This document shows, in pieces, positions 60,966 to 64,000 of a stretch of DNA of 64,000 bases (position 1 is the stretch's first letter; each line of letters starts with the position of its first letter). The DNA comes from Scyliorhinus canicula (Eukaryota). The translations under genes were made by a program, and so were the position numbers. The DNA lies in assembly GCF_902713615.1 (NCBI RefSeq), contig NW_024055665.1, forward strand, positions 62,001-126,000, given 5' to 3'. The notes below the pieces were generated by a model. It was given only the letters and a program-made list of their open reading frames with translations. It did not search any database and was not told the origin of the DNA.

Positions 60966-61554
60966 ATGTAAACAAAAGCATTATCTTACCTTGCCAATAA
61001 GTAAGATATGGTCTAATGCAATATAAGCGGACACGTTGGTAGAAACGGGGCATTGAGAAAAACACGGTCACCGTGGAACACTAGAGAGAGAGACATGATG
61101 CATAGAGAACAGCGGCAAATCGTCCAATGAAATAATTCCTAAGTCAAGAGTCAGTATAATAGAAATTGAGACGTTCTCTACTGTCATAGAATCAGAAGCA
61201 AGGCCAAGTCTTAATAAAAAAAACTGAAAATATTCCAGTGCACAAAAAACTAAGTCAGAGTTTTGTGTCAAAGCTACAGAGTTAATTTGCGAACAACTGA
61301 GATAGAAGTAGAGTGATATAAACAGTTGAATGGTGTAATGTAATATACAGGACATAATCTAGTGTAATGAAGCAGCGGTGGGATTTCATGTAATGTGATC
61401 AGAGATAGAGTCTAATGCACCAGTAACTGGGCAGGGCCTCAAAAATGATAAATGCTGAGGAGCTAGTGCACTATTACGTACTGCAGGACCAAGACACACC
61501 TGCAAGACACACCTACAAAGATTTGCGTTCTGACACAGAATCAACAGGAAGAGA

Positions 61555-63330
61555 ATAAGAACATTAGAACTAGGAGCAGGAGTAGGCCATCTGGCCCCTC
61601 GAGCCTGCTCCACCATTCAATGAGATCATGGCTGTTTTTTTGTGGACTCAGCTCCACTTTCCGGCCCGAACACCATAACCCTTAATCGCGTTATTCTTCA
61701 AAAGCTATCTATCTTTATCTTTAAAATATTCAATGAAGGAGCCTCAACTGCTTCACTGGGCAAGGAATTCCATAGGTTCACAACCCTTTGGGTGAAGAAG
61801 TTCCCCCGAAACTCAGTCCTAAATCTACTTCCCCTTATTTGGAGGCAATGCCCCCTAGTTCTGATTTCACCCACCAGCGGAAACAACCTGTCCGCATCTA
61901 TCCTATCTATTCACTTCATGATGTTAAATGTTTCTATAAGATCTCACCTCATCCTTCTAAATTCCAACGAGTATAGTCCCAGTCTACTCAACCTCTCCTC
62001 ATAATCCAACCCCTTCAACTCTGGGATTAACCTAGTGAATCTCCTCTGCACACCCTCCAGTGCCAGTACGTCCTTTCTCAAGTAAGGAGACCAACACTGA
62101 ACACAATATTCCAGGTTTGGCCTCACTAACACCTTATACAATTGCAGCATAACCTCCCTAGTCTTAAACTCCATCCCTCCAGCAATGAAGGACAAAATTC
62201 AATTTGCCTTCTTAATCACCTGTTGCACCTGTAAACCAGCTTTCTGTGATTCATGCACTAGCACACCCAGGTCTCTATGCACAGCAGCATGCTTTAATAT
62301 TTTATCGTTTAAATAATAATCCCGTTTGCTGTTATTCCTACCAAAATGGATAACCTCACATTTGTCAACATTGTATTCCATCTGCCAGACCCTAGCCCAA
62401 TCACTTAACCTACCCAAATCCCTCTGCAGACTTCGAGTATCCTCTGCCCTTTTCGCTTTACCACTCATCTTAGTGTCATCTGCAAACCTGGACACATTGC
62501 CCTTGGTCCCCAACTCCAAATCATCTATGCAAATAGTGAACAATTGTGGGCCCAACACGGAACCCTGAGGGACACCACTAGCCACTGATTGCCAACCAGA
62601 GAAACACCCATTAATCCCCACTCATTGCTTTCTATTAATTAACCAATCCTCTATCCATCCTACTACTTTACCCTTAATGCCATGCATATTTATCTTATGC
62701 AGCAACCTTTTGTGTGGCACCTTGTCAAGGGCTTTCTTGAAATCCAGATATACCACATCCATTGGCTCCCCGTTATCTACTGCACTGGTAATGTCCTCAA
62801 AAAATTCCACTAAATTAGTTAGGCACGACCTGCCCTTTATGCACCCATGCTGCGGCTGTCCAATGGGACAATTTCTATCCAGATGCCTCGCTATTTCTTC
62901 CTTGATGATCGATTCCAGCATCTTCCCTACTACCGAAGTTAACCTCACTGGCCTATAATTTCCCGCTCTCTGCCTACCTCCTTTTTTAAACAGTGGTGTC
63001 ACGTTTGCTAATTTCCAATCCACCAGGACCACCCAGAGTCTAGTGAATTTTGGTAAATCATCACTAGTGCATCTGCAATTTCCCTAGCCATCTCTTTTAG
63101 CACTCTGGGATGCATTCCATCAGGGCCAGGAGACGTGTCTACCTTTAGCCCCATTATCTTGCCCATCACTACCTCCTTAGTGATAACAATCCTCTCAAGG
63201 TCCTCACCTGTCATAGCCTCATTTCTATCAGTCCCAGGCATGTTATTTGTGTCTTCCACTGTGAAGACCGACCCAAAAAACCTGTTCAGTTACTCAGCCA
63301 TTTCCCCATCTCCCATTATTAAAATAGGAA
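61555..63330 (-). mobile_element. 5'-truncated CR1-type LINE
   Basis: PGPDGMHPRVLKE, NYRPVRLTSVVGKMLE, SGVPQGSVLGPQLF, SRFADDTK and VRPNLEYCVQCWSP. Confidence 0.92.
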
Positions 63331-63377
63331 TCGACTCTCATATCATTCTAGACACAGCCAGGTCCACTAATAAAGCC

Positions 63378-64000
63378 ATGATGTGGAGATGCCGGCGTTG
63401 GACTGGGGTGAGCACAGTAAGAAGTCTTACAACACCAGGTTAAAGTCCAACAGGTTTGTTTCAAACACGAGCTTTCGGAGCACGGCTCCTTCTTCAGGTG
63501 AATGGAAAGGCTTGTTCCAGAAATGTTTATATAGACACAGTCAGAGATGCCCCGGAATGCGAGCACCTGCAGGCAATCAAATCATCAAAGATGCAGAGAG
63601 AGAGGTAACTCCAGGTTAAAGAGGTGTGAATTGTCCCAAGCCAGTTCAGTCGGTAGGCCTCTGCAAGTCCAGGCTTGTTGGTGGGGGCCGAATGCAATGC
63701 GACATGAATCCCAGATCCCGGTTGAGTCCGCATTCATGCGTGCGGAACTTAGCTATAAATTTTTGCTCAGCAATTTTGCGTTGTCGCGTCTCCTGAAGGC
63801 CTCCTTGTAGAATGCTGACCCGGAGATCAGAGGCTGAATGTCCTTGACTGCTGAAGTGTTCCCCAACTGGAAGGGAACAGTCCTGCCTGTTGATAGTCGC
63901 ACGATGCCCGTTTATTCGTTGTCGCAGTGTCTGCATGGTCTCGCCAATGTACCACGCTTCGGGACATCCTTTCCTGCAGCGTATGAGGTAGACTACATTG
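63378..64000 (-). mobile_element. Penelope-like element 3' end (GIY-YIG endonuclease C-terminus plus pseudo-LTR); continues past the window
   Basis: YVGETMQTLRQRINGHRATINRQDCSLPVGEHFSSQGHSASDLRVSILQGGL...KFIAKFRTHECGLNRD. Confidence 0.92.
63466..63500 (-). ncRNA. Intact minimal type-I hammerhead ribozyme
   Basis: Minus strand reads CAC-CTGAAGA-A-GGAGC-CGT-GCTCC-GAAA-GCT-C-GTG: CUGAnGA and GAAA boxes, 5-bp stem II, palindromic AGCU stem III, and 3-bp stem I (CAC/GUG). Confidence 0.8.

Overview
This is vertebrate genomic DNA from a cartilaginous fish: it has shark-type immunoglobulin exons and elasmobranch HE1-like SINEs, and a catshark-like species is only an inference. The main element is a complete, apparently intact IgM heavy-chain gene on the minus strand (about 23.1-48.7 kb). 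It has a leader exon and a single V exon in which VH, D and JH are already fused in frame with no RSS left (germline-joined VDJ). These are followed by Cmu1-Cmu4, a secretory tailpiece and TM1/TM2 membrane exons. All splice sites are GT-AG and phase-compatible, predicting a 575-aa secreted chain and a 600-aa membrane chain; the membrane tail reads KIE instead of KVK. The left end holds a KRAB-less 15-finger C2H2 zinc-finger gene (+ strand) and several zinc-finger relics. The rest is mostly decayed retroelements (L1-type, CR1, L2, Rex1-type, Penelope-like), tRNA-derived SINEs and MITE-like palindromic elements. Three Penelope ends carry minimal hammerhead ribozyme motifs, one of them sense-oriented in the IgM Cmu4-TM1 intron. 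Most short ORFs in the supplied track are spurious or TE-derived. Ig exon boundaries and motif positions were read base by base; TE boundaries are approximate.
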